DNA from: the human T2T-CHM13v2.0 reference genome, Homo sapiens
DNA: 64,000 nucleotides
Direction: 5' to 3' (one strand)
NCBI RefSeq assembly: GCF_009914755.1
Contig: NC_060942.1
Part shown: one piece after another, positions 61,486-64,000 of the stretch
Layout of the letters: every line of letters starts with the position of its first letter
Numbering within the stretch: the stretch's first letter is position 1
The notes under the pieces: model-generated
Databases searched by the model: none
What the model was told of the DNA's origin: nothing
The model's input: the letters and a program-made list of their open reading frames with translations, nothing else
Position numbers and translations under genes: made by a program

Positions 61486-63764
61486 AGTTGAGGGAGATTA
61501 GGGGAGAGACTCACAGGCCTAAGTTATGAGTCAATTCCAGTATTTTGATAGGAAGCCTGAAGATAAAAACTATAATCATTTATCATGGGGACATTGTGTC
61601 ACTTCCTTGTGATTAGCAGACATTGTAAATCCCGTTTTTCAGATAACAATACTGAACCACAGGCAGGCTAAGTAACTTGTCTAAGGTCTAATGCAATTTA
61701 TGATTCCTTTCCAGTATCCTTCCTGGGAAACCAACAGAAGCACTGCCAAGGGTATTGTGCATAAACACTAGTCTATGTCTATGTCATACCATGACACCAT
61801 CCACAATAGCACGATCTCCTCCGTAGTCTAACTGCCTATTCCTTCCTCCCTTCCTACCCATCCAGTGAGTAGATCCATTCAGATGTGTAATCTTTTGTCT
61901 AACCAGTTTGCCTTTTCTCAGGTCTCCCTTCAGACTTAAGTCAAAACTGTACCTTCAGGGCCATTTTATGTGATGGTGGTATCTGAGAGCTAAAGAGAGT
62001 TCTTGCTTAGTGAATGCTCATGATTCAGCTGACTTTGATCCATGATGCCCTTGGCCAATCACTTCCCAGAAAGGATGGAGAAATAGATGTGTACTTGCCT
62101 CAGAAATGTTACCCCATTCTCCAGTTTTTCACTGCAATCCATCCGGTACCACACAGAGCCATACTGGTCCGTGAGGTAAAAGGAAAAATCAGTCATACTG
62201 ATCCTGTCTTACTTTAAATTTTTGATATTTTATTCATCTTGGATTTTGGCATTGATTTTTGTGAAAATATTGCATTAAAACATGATTTTTGATTATTAGG
62301 GTTTGGGGTGCTCCCTTAAATGTGTTTGAGGCAAGTGCATTTGTCTCACTCTCATCTCACTCTAGTCCCAGCCCTAAATCCATTTTTCTTCATGACCAAA
62401 AAAGAAATAAAGGACAGAAGGAAGGAAAGAAAGAAAAAAACAGAAAACATCCTACCCTGAATCAGCTACTAAAGTGAAGTCAGGTGCCAGTCAAGTGTTC
62501 TGCAGATAAAAGATGAGAAAAGGAACAGCTATAACCCTAAGCAGAAAAGAGCCCAGCATAAATGTCTTTCATGTACATTTTTGACAAGATCGTTTCAACC
62601 TAAAATCAAAAGCTTATATTTAAACACCGCAAATTGCATATCTATGAAAAATGAAGTCCCTACAGGCTAACTTTCTGCATTTTTGTTCTCTTTAAAGAAG
62701 GTATTAGAGCAATTTGGGCTGTCTTCTTAAAAGATTTTTATTGTTTTGTGATAGGTAACAGGAAGCTATCAACTGAGTATGTAGCCAACAGGTCAGAAAG
62801 AAAGCAATGTGGCTTGACTGCTAAGTATGTCAGTTCTGCCTTCAACTGACCAGAGTCTGAGTGAGTGTGGATGTGTGTTTTGCATCTCTCACCCCAGGCC
62901 TTGTTTATCAGCTCACAGCCAAGCAACCTGAAATAGCTTTGTTTTCTAAGCACTACAGAGCTTTTCTCTTTGACTAGGAAATCTGTCGGGAGACCTGGCA
63001 GAACATTCCCCCACTCGATGACAGTGGGGATGAGCAAGTCTGCTATCCCCTTTCCAGGGAATGCATTTGGAATCAGCTTGAGAATGCTCTGGTCAGATCT
63101 CAACGTGCAGGATTGTTGAGAGAGAAAAAACTGTCTCTTCATTCCTCAGGCAAGGCAAATGCCATCACATTGCAGGCTCAGTGGGAGAGTGGAGATAATG
63201 AGGTATTTTGAAACAGCGGACATTGTCAGAAAGACAGAAATTGGGAAAAGGGCTGAGGTGGTGAGTGATTATTTCTCAAAGGAGCAATGGAACACAAAAT
63301 GGGTCTCAGTTTGGGTTAAGCAAGGGAGATGAGAAAGGGAAGCGTGTTATGAATTATTTACCACTGGTTATATTTTAGCTTTGATCCTAGTCCTAATTGT
63401 GGGGTTGTCTTGGTGTGTATGAACTGAAATAAAAACAAGTTGCCAACTTTTCTGGCTGTATATTCCCATGGACACACACATACCCCAGTGTTCCTGAAAG
63501 GTTATCTATACGCCAAGTTTAGATTCACTTATGAAGTGTATAATTCAACAGGCACTGGTAATATGATCTACCTATAAATATTTTCTACATCCTAGAATAA
63601 AGTATCTAAAATTCTATCACTAGAGATGTGTCAATTTGGGTGAATCATTGTCTTCTCATTTGGTCTTTTTATTTGTGAGTTAAAAGGGCTCAAATCTAGA
63701 GGTAGCTCTTATTAAATGTACACTGAAGTGTCTCTAAAAGGCTATATATTTAGTCTTTAAAATT

Positions 63765-63887
63765 TAGGATGACCAAACACACTGCCTGGCCCCAGACACT
63801 CTGTTTGTCTATTGTCTTATAATAATTAATAGGAATTCATTTCATTCGTGAAAGTTACATTAAATAACAAATTATATACTCACCCTA
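63765..63887. mobile_element. MER94-like hAT-Blackjack MITE
   Basis: Termini TAGGATGACC ... TACTCACCCTA, with internal TAATAATTAATAG and AAATTATAT. Confidence 0.7.
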
Positions 63888-64000
63888 TGAAAACCATATT
63901 TTCAATAAAATCCGTATTTTCAAACAGTCTGTTAGTTTGTTCTTCTCAGTAACAGTAGAGACTCTAGAGAAACACAAGGACCATGGGTCTTTGCCTACTA

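Noticed and set aside
62738-63142. 134-aa minus-strand ORF
   Set aside because: No homology recognised, and the length is within chance expectation for 64 kb.

Overview
Primate (Alu-bearing, most likely human) AT-rich, CpG-depleted non-coding DNA, either deep intron or intergenic. I see no recognisable protein-coding exon, RNA gene, CpG island or CRISPR array. The ORF track is explained by Alu/L1 relics, microsatellites and chance ORFs. The window is a mosaic of transposon fossils: six Alus (all + strand), L1M/L1PA 3' fragments, L2, CR1/L3, MIR, ERV1/ERVL/MaLR LTRs, Tigger2a, MER5B, MER63 and MER94. Microsatellites and a few motif-dense unique segments lie between them. The most unusual structures are two sites (~39.45-39.63 kb and ~53.03-53.18 kb) where a fold-back inverted repeat abuts an 80-96 bp copy of nearby unique sequence, resembling fossil template-switch repair scars. 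Also notable are two 5'-inverted old L1 insertions, an 18-bp palindrome holding a perfect C/EBP site, and several candidate enhancers and micro-exons. Repeat subfamily names come from my recall of consensus sequences, and old-repeat boundaries are approximate. I found no evidence for a new gene system.
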